DNA from: Podarcis cretensis
Lineage: Eukaryota
Direction: 5' to 3'
Length of the DNA: 64,000 nt
NCBI GenBank assembly: GCA_951804945.1
Contig: OX638164.1
Span: 23,932,001-23,996,000, forward strand
Shown: in pieces, positions 1-13,322 of the stretch
How the letters are laid out: each line of letters starts with the position of its first letter
Position numbering within the stretch: position 1 is the first letter of the stretch
Translations under genes and position numbers: made by a program
Notes under the pieces: model-generated
The model's database searches: none
What the model was told of the DNA's origin: nothing
Seen by the model: the letters and a program-made list of their open reading frames with translations, nothing else

Positions 1-747
1 CCTAGAATCATGCACCAGTCAAGGGACAGCCAGCCATGCAAACACATCTCTGCACAACTCTTAACCTTTTCTGCCTCTGCTCTCAAGGCTTGGAAGGGAC
101 AAAGTGGCCTGTGATTCAACAGTGCCTGAGCGAGCTGGTGGATTTCAGTCCTTCTTTCTCCTCTCACTGTCTTCCTCACCCTGCCTTGATCATGGCATTG
201 TCAAAGGGCTAGACGCAGAGCAAATGAATCTGTGGTCATGTCTAAACAAAATTTCTGCCGAGGGCGTCCTCCTCTCTGTTGCAACATGGGCCACGTCATC
301 CTGTAATTACATGGAAAACTGTTATTGTTGCAGTGACACACCCTGGGCTGGGCCCTGGGCTTCAAACACATCTGGATTTTGAAATTTGGCTTCTTGACAC
401 CCTCCACTCCCCACAGCAATCCACATTAATGTGATGGGGGGGGAGCATAATCCTAACCCCCTTTAAAAAAAACCAATTCATGAGGGTAGATAGAAATCTG
501 CCCAAAGCTTTAAGTCTAGCTTTGTGTGTGTGTGTTCGGCTTGGGGATTGGGTTTGTCTGACCCAACTAGTGAGATTATCTAGATGAGCTTGATTATCTC
601 TGATAGCTACTCCTAATTGCCAGGAACCTGTAACTCATGGGAGTTGCAGTCCAGGGGCCAAGGGCAAAAGTGAGCAGCATCTGTGGGCTTTGAAGCTGCC
701 TCCTAGCAGAGTATGATTTCACTGGTGGCTTTCTTTCCTCTCCACAG

Positions 748-843
748 ACTGAGCTCTCTCTGCAGAAAGAGCAGCTGCAGCTGAAGATCATTGAGCTGGA
801 AGATGAAGTGGACAAGTGGCAGAAAGAGAGGGACCGTATCAAG
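748..843 (+). CDS. TRIM29: TRIM29 coding exon (coiled-coil start; 96 nt, phase 0-0): TELSLQKEQLQLKIIELEDEVDKWQKERDRIK
   Basis: Acceptor ttctttcctctccacag, donor gtgaga. The translation closely matches human TRIM29 TELSLQKEQLQLKIIEIEDEAEKWQKEKDRIK (recalled). 96 nt is the typical TRIM coiled-coil exon size. Confidence 0.96.
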
Positions 844-1274
844 GTGAGAGCCACACAAAATCCTCCCGCTTCCCTCTTCTTCCCAAAACTACTGCCCCCT
901 CATTGCTCTGCTCATTTCCTTCCTCCAACTTTTTGCACTCCAACAGAAGCCACGTCCACACCATACATTTAAAGCACTTTGATGCCACTTTAAACAGTGA
1001 TGGCTTCCCTCAAAGAATTCTGGGAGCTGTAGTTTTGTTAAGGGTGCTGAGAGTTGCTAGGAGACTCCCTCAGAAAACTCCAATTCCCAAAGTTCCCTGT
1101 AAAGAGGGAACTTAAGTGTCATTGGCCCGATCTTGTGGGATGCTCTCCCAATAGAGATTGAGCAGCGAGGTTCTGCTTCAGCTTTCAAATGCTTGCTAAA
1201 AACATTTCAAGTCCACCAGGCTTATGCAGGCAATGAAAACAGATGCTTTCCACAATAGCTAGATGATTTCTGAT

Positions 1275-1293
1275 ATTATTATTATTATTATTA

Positions 1294-1326
<33 letters not shown>
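1275..1326. repeat. (ATT)n microsatellite
   Basis: Direct reading. Confidence 0.95.
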
Positions 1327-1327
<1 letters not shown>

Positions 1328-1401
1328 ATATATACCATTGTAAACTATTCTCACACATTTTTATGAATAGTGGCATATCAATATTTTATAGCCAACTAAA
1401 A

Positions 1402-1727
1402 GATGCAGGTGGCAAGCCTAAGACTTGCCGATCAGAAGGTCGGCGGTTTGAATCCCCGCGACGGGGTGAGCTCCCGTTGCTCGGTCCCTGCTCCTGCTAA
1501 CCTAGCAGTTCGAAAGACATCAAAGTGTAAGTAGATAAATAGGTACTGCTCCGGTGGGAAGGAAACGGAGTTTCCGTGCGCTGCTCTGGTTCACCAGAAG
1601 TGGCTTAGTCATGCTGGCCACATGACCTGGAAGCTGTACGCCGGCTCCCTCAGCCAGTAAAGCGAGATGAGCACCACAACCCCAGAGTCGGTCACGACTG
1701 GACCTAATGGTCAGGAGTCCCTTTACC
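1402..1727 (+). mobile_element. Sauria (Squam1-type) SINE, 5' part partly deleted
   Basis: tRNA-like head gacttgccgatcagaaggtcggcggtttgaatccc, body gtagataaataggtac, Bov-B-like end cagagtcggtcacgactggacc...ctttacc. Confidence 0.92.
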
Positions 1728-1741
1728 CTGACTAAATAAAT

Positions 1742-2357
1742 TTCCCACCCTCTGGACATCTTGAAGAGGAGGCACATGAAGAAGGGCCTCAGAAGTCGAT
1801 CTCAGGGTCTGGGTAGGTTCATATGGGAAGAGGAGGTCCTTGAGGTATTGCAGTCCTGAAGCTGTCTTGGAAAATTCAGGACAGACCACAAAAAAGTACT
1901 TCTTCATGGAGCACAAAATTAAACTATAGACTAGATGGGCCATTGATTTGCTCCTGCAGGCTCTTCTTATGTTCCTATCTTCTTAATCTTGTAGCAGGAT
2001 GGACAAGTGGTACTTGAAGAAAGACAAAGTGTTGATTAGGATTTCCTGTTAGTTAAATGCTATTTCCTCCCCACCCCACATTTTTGCAAGAATCAGAAAG
2101 TATCTCAAGGTGAACAGATTTAACACCTCTGATACAGAGTCACCTCTGCAGCAATGATGTATGGGCATCACCCGTTCTTTCTCTCCGTCTCAACTGTAAA
2201 ACACAAATACCAGGGGATGTTTAGCTCCTTAGCCTGCCTTTGGCCTCTCCAGACTGCTTACGGATTCTGCCTGCCATCTCCTCTTGCAAATCCTGTAGGA
2301 TTTAATATCCACTCTGTAATCTATTGGCACCAATAGGCATTATCTAAACCTTAAATT
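1742..2357 (+). repeat. Copy 1 of a ~616-bp direct dispersed duplication (partner 37434-38053)
   Basis: By eye, 6 substitutions and one 4-bp indel versus 37434-38053. The ORF track shows near-identical peptides at 1704/37234 and 2154/37846. Confidence 0.95.
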
Positions 2358-3475
2358 CAGTTTCAGTGAGTCTACTCTGAGTAGGACCAGCATTAGATAC
2401 AGTTGGAGGCTTCCACCTTCTTCTGCCTTGCTCTTTTTTTCTCCTCACTTCCATTTCCTCCCCATATGGTTCTCCTAAGATGTCATTTTGCTTCCTCCGC
2501 TCATGTTCTCAACTCTTGCTCACTTTTCTTTTCAAGTATCTCTTCAGGGCCAGACCAACCGCATGGGCTAGAAGTGGGGTGGGTGGGTGGGTGGGAGAAT
2601 AGGCCCATACATCTAACTTGGCAGAAGGCCTGGAACACACAAGCTCGTCTCACACTCCGGGGACTACCCAGTGCATTTAAATTCCGTGCCTTGGCTCCGC
2701 CAAAGTTGTCTGCTTATCTCGACTGCCAGAGCTCATCCCTGAATATCCGAGGGTGTTGCAAAAATAAAAAATCATGTCAAGCAATATATGCAAAGCCAGC
2801 TTTTTCTGTTTCCAAATCGCAGGAGAACGCCTGAGCATGGGAACTTCAATTATATGGATTCACTGTGCCCCATGTTAATGTAATCTTCATTCTTTTACTA
2901 CTTATTACATTTTTTAAAAAATAAATAAACCCCTGACCTACCGCAAAGGAGCTCAGGGTGGCATGCCTGTTTATTTGTTCTGTATCTTCTACCCATTTTA
3001 TCCTTTCAACAACCTTACAAGGCAGGACAGGCAGGGAAAGTTTGTCTGGACACTCAGTGAGCTTCATTGCTGAGTGGAGCTCTGAACCTAGTTCTGCATC
3101 AGTTCTAGTCCAGTCTTCCCCAACTTGGAACTTCAAGATGTTGCTACACCCACTAGTGGCCTAAACGATCTGGAGGACACCAGGTTGGCAAAAGTCTGTC
3201 TTAAAAGTCTCCCCAGAGTTTCACAGGACTCCTGATTCACAGGGAAAAAACCAGAATGTTTTGAGTGCAGGATTTAGCTGAGAATCTCTGTGTGGGTGGA
3301 AACATTCTCAGTAGAAACCGCTAACGTGGTTAGATCAGAGGAAACCTGGGAAGCTATCAACTAATGATGATGTCATCTTGAAGTGCTTTGTTATACCTCT
3401 GCCCTGCAGGTTGTACTGTGCACAGAAGCACCCTTTCAGACTTCTCCTTGTTCAGCTACTCTTAACAATCTAGAC

Positions 3476-3800
3476 CAGGGTGGGGAATCTTCTTCCAGTC
3501 CAAAGGCCACATTTCCTTCTGAGTAGGCTTCTGAGGGCCACATGCCAATGGTGGGTGGAGCCCGAGGGAAAGTGGATGAAGCGATGAATATAAATTTGAC
3601 TTTTTGTCAAGTTTCTAATCATGCTCACATACCTCTCTTTGTCCTCCATCTGGACAAGCAAAAGGCATCATCAGAGGGGAAGGATACATCCCGGACAGGG
3701 AAAAAACACTCAGGGTATGAAACAAAGCCAAAGAGGGCCAGTTGGAGAGACCTTGGGGGCCACATTTGCTCCTGCCCTGGCTTGAGGTTCCCCACCCCTG
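3476..3800. mobile_element. hAT (Charlie-like) non-autonomous element
   Basis: 13-bp TIR caggggtggggaa / ttccccacccctg. Confidence 0.7.
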
Positions 3801-4188
3801 ATAGGATGGTTTCTATATTGGATTCTGCACACAATATAAGTCACAGCTGCGAGGATACACTTTGCATGAAGGTGTCTAGAAATGTCAGTGACATAACACT
3901 GAAATGACCAGTCCCCACCCTGCCAAACGTTTCTAAAACACGCACTCAGGAAATTGAACTGGTGCAGCTTTTGCTGAGCACCCCACATCACACTCCCGGT
4001 GTGGGTCTGCAATGTTCAGAGCATCCTTGCACACAGAAAACTAGGGCATCAGGGAGAAGGGGTTTGGTTTTGCTCTCTACTGGTGATGGGCATTTCGTTT
4101 TGTGATGAATGTCAGCTCCAGCCGTGCAGAGAAAAAGCTTTGTGGTAGATGAGTCAATGCATTTCCATCGCCCTGTTTCTTCATCTAG

Positions 4189-4422
4189 AACTTCACCACC
4201 AATGAGAAAGCCACGGTGGATCAGCATTTCAAAGAGCTGATCCGTGACCTGGAGAAGCAGCGGGACGAAGTGAAGGCCGGTTTGGATCACAGGGAGAAGG
4301 TTGCTGTGGAGAACATCAAGGAGATTGTGGAGGAGCTGGAAGAAAGGGCCAAACTCTTGCAAGAAGACAAGGAGACCAGGGAGCAGATAGGCCAGATCAG
4401 TGACTCAGTGCTCTTCCTGCAG
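4189..4422 (+). CDS. TRIM29: TRIM29 coding exon (coiled-coil; 234 nt, phase 0-0): NFTTNEKATVDQHFKELIRDLEKQRDEVKAGLDHREKVAVENIKEIVEELEERAKLLQEDKETREQIGQISDSVLFLQ
   Basis: Acceptor tttcttcatctag, donor gtatgc. Overlaps ORF 4216..4485. FTTNEKA...RDLEKQ...ISDSVLFLQ matches TRIM29. Confidence 0.96.
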
Positions 4423-4646
4423 GTATGCAAGGCTATTTTTTCTCCCATGCTGACTGTGGTGGCTGGTGCTTATTGGGGCTGGTAGGGCAGAAGGCAGGGA
4501 GGCCAACACTAGGTGGAGCTAGAGCCAATGAGCTAATTTTGTCTCCATCCTCCTCCCCACTGCAGAGTTTCAAAAGGGCAACACTGAAACTTAGGAGGAG
4601 GAAACAGGGGCAAAGGAAGGCTTAGTGACACCTGGGACAGATATCA

Positions 4647-4940
4647 CTACATAAGGCGCATGCGTGGCATTGCTATGTATGGCGCCATATGTAGCGACAC
4701 TGCACATGCGCTGTATAGCAGTTTGCCGCCGGCGCAGCTCCAGCGCTGTATGGACGGTGCTGGGATCCCTCCGGTGCCGCTACAGCCGCAAACTGTCCGT
4801 ACGGCTCTGAAGCGGCGCAGTGGCAATCCACTAAGTACAGTGCATGTGCAGTGTCGCACACATGCGCTGTACGTAGCAACGCTGCACATGCACTGTATAG
4901 CGGTTTGCTGCCAGCACTGCTCCAGTGCTGTACAGTGGGG
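4647..4940. repeat. CpG-rich insertion with internal direct (~63 bp) and inverted repeats, probably DNA-transposon internal sequence
   Basis: 4688-4750 resembles 4870-4932 (direct); 4836-4857 is the near reverse complement of 4694-4715. Confidence 0.6.
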
Positions 4941-4941
4941 A

Positions 4942-4980
<39 letters not shown>
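4942..4980. repeat. (ATT)13 microsatellite
   Basis: Direct reading. Confidence 0.95.
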
Positions 4981-4981
<1 letters not shown>

Positions 4982-5809
4982 CTTCAACTCCCATCAGACC
5001 CAGCTAGCATGGCAAATGAAGATCTAACTTGCAATCCAGTGACATTTGGAATGCATCATATTGGCTACCTTTGATATGTTCACTGTCTTTTTATTTTTAA
5101 TAGAGTTATGTTCAGTAGTGTAGTGGCAAATTCAGAAATGCAGGGTCTGCTCCTGGTGATCACAGCCATACCCCTCAGAGGCACATGCCTTCCATAATGA
5201 TTCAATAAGCTTATAATTATACAATAATAATTATAATATAATTATAATATAATATATAATATAATTATAATAATTGCCATAATCAATGCAGGTCTCCATG
5301 AGTTGCCATTCAGCTAGATCTACTGTTTTCTGTACATGTACGTGGGCAAATGTTTAGGAGCACTCCAGTATCTTATTCGGCAGTGACTTAAGTTGCACTT
5401 TCCATGAAGTTCCATTGTACATAACAGACCCTGTGCATCGTTTTCTTGAAATGGATTCACCTTGTATTTTCAGTGTTCCTAAATCCCTAGCTTTGGAGTA
5501 GACAGTGGCTAGAAAGCTCCTCTTTCATGGAGATTGAGTAGCTCTAGGGCGCTGGAGACAGGGACCCTGCTGCAGAAATAGTAATCAGTCTTTGACCCCC
5601 TGCAACCCTGGATCACTACATCACTGGTTATATTCTGTCTTTCTTCTATGAACTCGAGGTGGCATATCTAGGATTTCTGAGTGGTCCATCAATATTTAGA
5701 CCAATGACCAGACCTAGGCCTGCTTAGCTTCAGCCCAGTGGCTTTGTCCAGACCAAACCCCACTCCTCTTCTGTACGCCACTTCTGTTTATTGCTATTAT
5801 TCCTGGCAG

Positions 5810-6008
5810 GAATTTGGAGCAATGATGAGGAGCTACACCATTCCACCATCCCTGCCAACATACAGCATCCTGCTGGAGGGAGAGAACATGAGCCCGTCTA
5901 TGGGGATACTGAGAGATGACCTCCTGAACGTGTGCATGAGACATGTTGAGAAGATCTGCAAGGCAGACCTCAGCAGGAACTTCATCGAGAGGAACCACAT
6001 GGAGAACG
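5810..6008 (+). CDS. TRIM29: TRIM29 coding exon (199 nt, phase 0-1): EFGAMMRSYTIPPSLPTYSILLEGENMSPSMGILRDDLLNVCMRHVEKICKADLSRNFIERNHMEN-G
   Basis: Acceptor tcctggcag, donor gtaagg. DDLLNVCMRHVEK.CKADLSRNFIERNHMENG is a TRIM29 signature. Confidence 0.96.
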
Positions 6009-9000
6009 GTAAGGGGAACTTATTCCACTTGGCCTTTTAATTCAGTTTAGAAGTGGTTCAAGGTGCTGCTCCCCCTTGAGGAAGGCCCCTATCCTGTCTG
6101 TTTCTGAGATTACAGTGCCATCTCCTATACCCATCTTTACTGAGAACATCTCTTTGTATTCACTGGGCTTACATCTGAGTAGACATGCACAAGATTGCAC
6201 TGAGAAGTTATGCACTATCTTTGGTCTTTTATCACTTGAAGTATACTTGGAACTCAAACTTGCAGAAACAATTGTAGAACTTTTCCTCTTTATTTGCCCA
6301 GAGCAAAGGCATCCTTCCTGTACACTTTTTTATTTTTCAAAAAGTCTTTATTATTTCACCCTTCAATACAAAGATTCCTCAACCAGCTCAAAATACAATA
6401 TTTTTTAAAAACCAGCAATAATATTATCCAAACCAAAACTAATGATAAATGTTCTGCAGATGAAATGTAGGTGAGGTTGCATAAAAGCAGAGCTTAAACC
6501 ACAGTTCTAAGAGGCCTGGGATTTTATTTTATTTTTTAAGTTATCTCACCTAGTGACAAATGGAATTTATTTATTTATCTATCTATCCAGTCATTCTTTC
6601 ATTCTTATATCTCACCCTTCTTCCAATCTGGAGCTCAGGGTGGCAAACAACCAATAGAGAAGCAATTATGCAAAATAAGACATCATGTAAACCACAAAGT
6701 TGCAGCAGCAGCAATTCAACAGCAAATAACATCAGTAAAAGCTTCACCAGAAAATAGTTTGCCTCATTATACAAATGCCTGGCCGGTGTAAAAATATTTA
6801 CAGCCTCCCTGTAAAAACAGCATTGCTTACCTTTACCCCTCCATCTCAAGACACAGGATGCCTTAAGTGAACAGCTGAGACTTCAAAGTGCAATACTTAA
6901 TAAATCATGCATCAATTTAGCTAATCAGTAACGGTGGAGCAATAAAAATGCAACAAATACAGCAGAATAATCACATCCAATAAATGGAATGTAGTGATTT
7001 CACTTGGCTATTATGGCTAATAGCCACCAATAAATTTCACCTTCATGAGTTTGTCTAAGCCAAGAGTGGGGTACCTGGGGCCTTCCAGGTGTTGATGGAC
7101 CCCAACTCCCATCAGTCCCAGTCAGCACGGCCAATAATCAGGGATGATGGGAATTGAAGTCCAAAAACAGCTGGTTGGCTGCATGTAGGAATGAAAGAAT
7201 CTACCAATTTCAGTTTCTCTTGTTTTCTTGTTTTCACCTGTCTTATGTTCGATTAGCCCCACTTCTATATCAGTTTGCATTTTTTTTTAATCTACATGAA
7301 CATTTTTTATATATTTTGTGCACACACATCCCAACACACACAGTCCTGCACATTCCTTTTGCCTAGTGTATACATTTCTGCAAGTTATCCCTCTAACATA
7401 ACACATTTCGGTGCATTACTTCCATTAATATATATACTGTTGTGCACACTTTCCACTAACACATGCAGCTCTGGGTTGACGAAGTATATTGCATAATTCA
7501 GAGAAGTGCAATTTTGAAGGACAGCTTTGCTTAGGTTTTCGTGTTGGTTCAGGATCATGCGGATCAGCATTAAAGTGTAAACTGATACAAATCTTTTTCC
7601 CAACCCAACACTCAGTTTCCCTGGCACCCCCCCCCCAACACTACACCCCTGATTGGTTAGAGTGTTGGACTAAAACCTGGGAGAACTGACTTCAAATCCC
7701 CACTCAACCATGAAGCTTACTGTGTGACCTTGGACCAGTCACTGCTTCTGAGCTTGACCTACCTCACATGGCTATGTAGGACATGTTGAATTTTTCAACT
7801 TTCAAATTCCAAAAATGAGGTGTGCTAAAAAGTTGTGACATGACTTGGGAATATGGAATATATTTTGCTTAAATTAATATTATTTAATTTTGCTTGCTAA
7901 GTAAAAAGTGTGGAGAATTGCATAGAAATCATTAAAAATGATTGCCAAGTACTTGTAGTTTTATTAATTATTTTTATTTAGCATTACCTGACAGAATTTT
8001 TAAAAAGGTAAAATTAATATTATTTGGTTTTCAAAAACTAATTTATGTGCTTCTTCATCAAAGGTAGACGTGCCAAGCTAAATGTTGTCCAGTCACAAAA
8101 ACAATAGGATATTTGAATTCCTCAAAACATTGCCCCAAAACATATTGTTAAGACCCCTCACTGATTCCACCCCCCCCCCAAAAAAATTAAGTTTCACCTA
8201 CTAAAATGGCACTTCTCACATGTGGCAGAAATTAAGCAAGAAGTGGGAGAACAGTGTACACCCCCTTGAGGTTCTTAGAGCAGAAGGTGGGATATAAATT
8301 AAATAAATAAATAAATAAATGGACAATGCAGTGACCATCAGTACATAGATCTTCAATTAAACATATAAATTAATATAAGCACCCAAGATTTCCAAATAGG
8401 TAACCACATGAAATTGACACCTGTATGAAATATGTTTGCAAGTAGGTCTGTGAGATCCTCAGACCATAGAGGGTGGGGATATATCCTCAAAGTATAATTC
8501 TCCTATCCAACATAAGGGCTGATAAGGGGCTCGTGAAGCACAAAGTTGTTTTGCTCTGTAAATGACTTGCTTCCCTTTGTCAAAACCGCACTGACTGCCA
8601 ATTCATTTCATCCAGAATTATCCTTTACAGCACAAAAGGGAAATCGTCCATTCAGATGTCAGTGTTAAAACATCCATGGCATTTTGTTTTGGCTGCAGTT
8701 ACATTCTTTCCCTGCTGATGCTGTGAAACTGTGCTGTGCAACACAGTAGTTCTTAATCATTGCTTATAATTCATGTAATTTCTGGCCCCATGAAAACTGC
8801 TGACAGTTGCGAGATGTATTACCCACTTTAAAAAAAACCAAAAAAAACCCCCAATAATGTAGGGAATATAAGGCCTTAATCTGTTTCATGTCTCAGATAC
8901 TTATCTGTAAAATGGAGAGAATATTTCTCCACATCACGAGGAGTTGAGAAACCAAAAAATATGAATTAACTCTTAGCAGCTCCCATTCCTGAGAACCAGA

Positions 9001-9181
9001 TAGATGCCTAGATAGATCATCACTGGGCCTCCAGACACAATCTACTTTGCCCAGGGCAGAGGGGCTGGCATTTATGTGCGAGTAATGACTCTCACCACCT
9101 TTCCGTTTGCGATGGGAAGATGAGGAATCAGAGAAAGGCTTCTATCGCAGGGAAAGGTCTTTGATGTGGCTCTTGATGAAG

Positions 9182-9195
9182 GTTGCCATGGAAAC
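9182..9195. promoter_or_regulatory. RFX X-box motif GTTGCCATGGAAAC in a TRIM29 intron
   Basis: Exact match to the 14-bp palindromic X-box consensus GTTNCCATGGNAAC, in apparently non-repetitive sequence. Confidence 0.4.
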
Positions 9196-11292
9196 CCCAG
9201 ATCTTTATCATTTCATTAAGATCTGTATCAAACATGCCTCTGTTTGTTCCTTGGCAAAGGGTCTTACAAATCTCTCTAGGCTTCAAACACATCTAACGTG
9301 CCAGAGACATGCTGGAACACTCTGGTGCAATAATAAGATACGAGGAAGCAGATCAAACATAGAACTGGGCTGAGTGCAGACATGGGTACAATCTCATCTA
9401 GCTTTCTGAGCCAGCATTTTAAAATACCCCCAATTTAAAACTGAAGATCAAGAAGGGTGCTAGAAAGGGAAGGAGGCATATTTGGGCAACATGTGTATCA
9501 GGAACAACAAACCCGTGGCTTTCTGGATACTGAGGGTCTCCAGTTTCCATCAAGGTCAATGATCAGAGATGATGGGAGCTGTAGTCCAACAAGCAACTGC
9601 TGCAGGGCCATGCATTAGTTTTCAGGACAGAGCCCACACAAATCAGCAAAAGGCCGAAGGGGATCTTGAACCGTAAGGAAGTATTAAGCCTCTGGAATCA
9701 GTAGCCCAAGAAACATGGTTAAATACATTTAGATTCTTCAAGGCATGTCCAAAGGCCTGCACTGAAGGGACCTTTTGCAGTTGTGTAGGAAGGGAATTTC
9801 ATAACTGCGGGGCCACCACTGACAAGGTCCTGTGCTTGTGAACTTAGTACACTGTACTTGTGGGCCTCTGCAGCTGATTTTAAAATATGGGGTGCAGCTC
9901 ATCTGAGTGAAGGTGGTCCTTGAGTTAAGCCAGCCCCCAAATGTTTAGGACTTTTAAGTAGGGGCTAGGAACCTGTGGCCCTACAGATGTTGAACTAGAA
10001 CTCCATGATCCCTGACTGGGGCTGAAATCCAACAGCATATGGATGGCTATAGGTTCACCACCCTGGTGGACAACCCTAATGGGTTTATTTTATGCTCTGT
10101 CAAGAGGAAATAGCAGTCTATGACCCCAGGGAGCTTGCAGTTATACCACCCACAATAACCTCATCCCAAATCTACAGGAGCCAATATTCACACAGCCTCA
10201 CCTTTCCTGTCTGTAAAATGGTGACAAGATTACTGGCCTGCCTTATAAGGCTGCTGCAGCAGTTGATGAGATAATGTGGTCAAAGCACTGGGAATTTTTT
10301 TAAACCCACCCCATAAGTATATTATTAGTACCAGGGACAAACTAATATATGAGACATAAGTTCCATTTATGAATTTTCCATTGCCACTGTGGATAAGTAT
10401 ATCTGTAGTGCTATCCATATGGATGGATCTTTGCAACACGTAGTAGTTGCACTTTTAGTTAACCCATTGAAATGGATGAACCTATGCTAATCATGTATTT
10501 TATTCTGTGAACCACCCTGAGATATTATGATGAAGGGCAATATATAAATCTAATAAATAAACAAACAAATAAAATCATTTCTATTAACTTCAGCAGGTCT
10601 ACTCTGAGTAGGCCTACAACTGTCTATAACCCCATGGTTTGTTTTGGGTTGGTGTTTTTTTACTCAAAGCAGTATTGAGGTGTCCCAGTGTGTTCCCGCA
10701 TCACAAACCATTTCCATTTCCACTGACTGTAGAAGAGGAAAGCATACTGATGATTCCCCCTCTGCAATTAATAGTAGCTTTGGAAAGTGAGAAATTTATG
10801 TCAGGAAAATGAACCCAGTTTGGATCAAGGCATGATGAGTGGCTTTTATAAAAAAGGAAAAGAATTTGGAAGCTGTATTCAGGGATCTCCCACATCACAT
10901 TAAGCTTAGACTTTATTAGACCAAACATATCTCCCCATGTTGCTTCTTAGTGAAGGTTATGGAAATTGCTGTTCTTTTTGGATGGATGTAGAGCCTTCTG
11001 CATCAAGAGAATTTATACTTTCCAAATAAATTACCAGGATTATTTTTTCTTTCCCTGATGGCAAAGTATTCAGAGACTTGGGCCACATCCCTAAAACCAC
11101 CACCACAACAAAAATAATCCCCTTTAAACTGTGCCTCAGGATGAGGGAGAAAAGGGATTCAGTTTGCATTTAAAGGTGAACACACTTTCTGAAGCAATGC
11201 ATGAACCAAAACACACCCATCCTTTGAAATTCACACTTCTCTGAATTTTGCAACGTAATTCTCCACTCAAGTAATATGTACAAAAATACATA

Positions 11293-11543
11293 CAGTAGTA
11301 CCTCTGGTTACAGATTTAATTTGTTTCGGGGTGCCGTGTGCACCCCAAAAAATCTGTAGCTAGAGGCGCCACTTCTGCACACGTGCGCAGTGCGATAGAG
11401 CACTTCTATGCATGCACACGTCATGCAGAGCACTTCTGCGCATGTGCGAGTGGCAAAACCCGGAAGTATACACTTCCAGGTTTGCCGCGGCCATAACCTG
11501 AAGATTCTGTAACCTGGAGGTTATGCAACATGAGGTATCACTG
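11293..11543. mobile_element. Tc1/mariner-pogo (Tigger-like) MITE
   Basis: TIRs cagtagtacctc / gaggtatcactg with TA TSDs; nested inside an older AT-rich repeat. Confidence 0.85.
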
Positions 11544-13322
11544 TATACTGGAGTAAAATGTGCATAGGAATGCATATATTTGTGAAAATGTCATCCAATG
11601 CTCCCACCATCAAATTAAGGGAAATTGCTTTGCAAAATTGCCTATATTAAGGGGGAAAGGCATACAAAAATATGTATATTGAGATAAATTCACACTAAAA
11701 TGCTGGTGAATGTTCATGAGGGCTTTTTTTTTCTAATGGCAAACTGTAGAGAATTTAACTTAGGGTTGGAAAAGAGAATCGAAAATTGACAGAATCACTA
11801 ATTTACCCTTCACATAATAAAACCAAATTTGAAAGGTACTAAAGTAGTAGGGTTTCTTTTTAAGAAGTCATGTGTCCAGTTTAGGAGAGAAGGGTTGTGT
11901 CATCCACCTACACACACCCAAGACAAAACTCTGTTTGCTCCACCCACTTCTGTTCTGCAAAAGAAAGGGGATCTTTAGCACCTGGTCCTGTAAGTGGTGT
12001 CTCATTCAGAGATGCTGCAATGCAATTTTCACAGCTGGCCAAGTCTGTGGGGAGTTGCAAAGAGTGCAGATAAGTGGATGCCTCCTCCAGCAAGGGTTGG
12101 AATAGCAGAGAGAAGGCAGAAGGAAGGGAACTCTGCTGGAACTGATAATAGATGTTAGTAGGTGGTCGTAAAGTACAGGTTAGGTCACAAAATGCCAGCT
12201 TCCATGAAACACGGTTTCCTCCTGATCAGTGGGATTTCTGCATGGGGACACTCATTAGATCACACAGGGCACAATCAGAGGCACTTCTGAGTTTGAACCA
12301 TTGACGCTTCCCAGTGACAGATGCCCCAGTGACAGCCTAGAAGAAAGACCTGAGTTTCCCTTCAGACTCAGCTTTGCACATCCTCCTTAGCCATTTCTGC
12401 ATAGTTTTGGCTAAGTCAGGAGAATGGCTTTTCTTTTTTGAGTCTGAATGCCATATTCCTTGGTGGGCAACCTTCTCAAGGACTGCAGACCCTTACCCTT
12501 GTATGGCAGGTGATATTTGAGTTTGTTGGTGTTTTAACCTGAGCCTGCCTAATTTTCAGTTTCCAAATCAAACCGTTTGTCAAAATGCAGCTTTGAAATT
12601 TGGGGATTTTGCAGTGCAGTTCTCCAACCTCACAATGCACTGGATTAAGCAGTGGCATCAAAACAAACCTATTAGTGAAAATAACCAACAAAGATGCATT
12701 TGAGTAGGGGGAAATGTTTGGGAAAAATGGGCACATGAGTTAGATCAGCATATATAAATGCACTTCTTATAAAGTCATACTAAGAGGCTGGTGAATTTTC
12801 ACGAGGATTTTGCTGCAGAATAATCACAAATTTCTGCAGGAATGTGGAGGACTGAATTTAAGGCTGGAAAAATAAGAAAGCGAAAGAACCAAAACTGACA
12901 GATCCTTCTACCCTGACACACACAAACTTACACCTCTTGATCCTCCGTCCAGCAAGAGGAATTATGATAATTCAAAAGCACATTTTAGCCAGGCAAAATA
13001 ACTCAAGGCAGTTGTGTAACAAGGCCAATGAGGGTCGCAGCTCCTGACCTAAGGATCCCCAGCTCTCTCAAGTGCCAATAACCAATCACAACCTTTGCTC
13101 CATGTGCCGGCTATATGCAACTCAGCCCGTGATCCTGCTGTCATCAAGCAGCAAACATCTAAATGTGTATCACAATTGCAAAAAGAACTTTGTGTACCTG
13201 ATAAGTCTTCTGGGGTTCAGCTTCTCAGTCTAGACCCAGGGAGCTACTCCTTGTTTCTTTGCTTTTCCCCTCTCATCTTATGGTTGTTATCCCCCCCCCC
13301 CATTTCTGCTGTGAACTTTCAG

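Noticed and set aside
4150-4156. AP-1 site TGAGTCA upstream of the 234-nt exon
   Set aside because: A 7-mer expected several times by chance in 64 kb.
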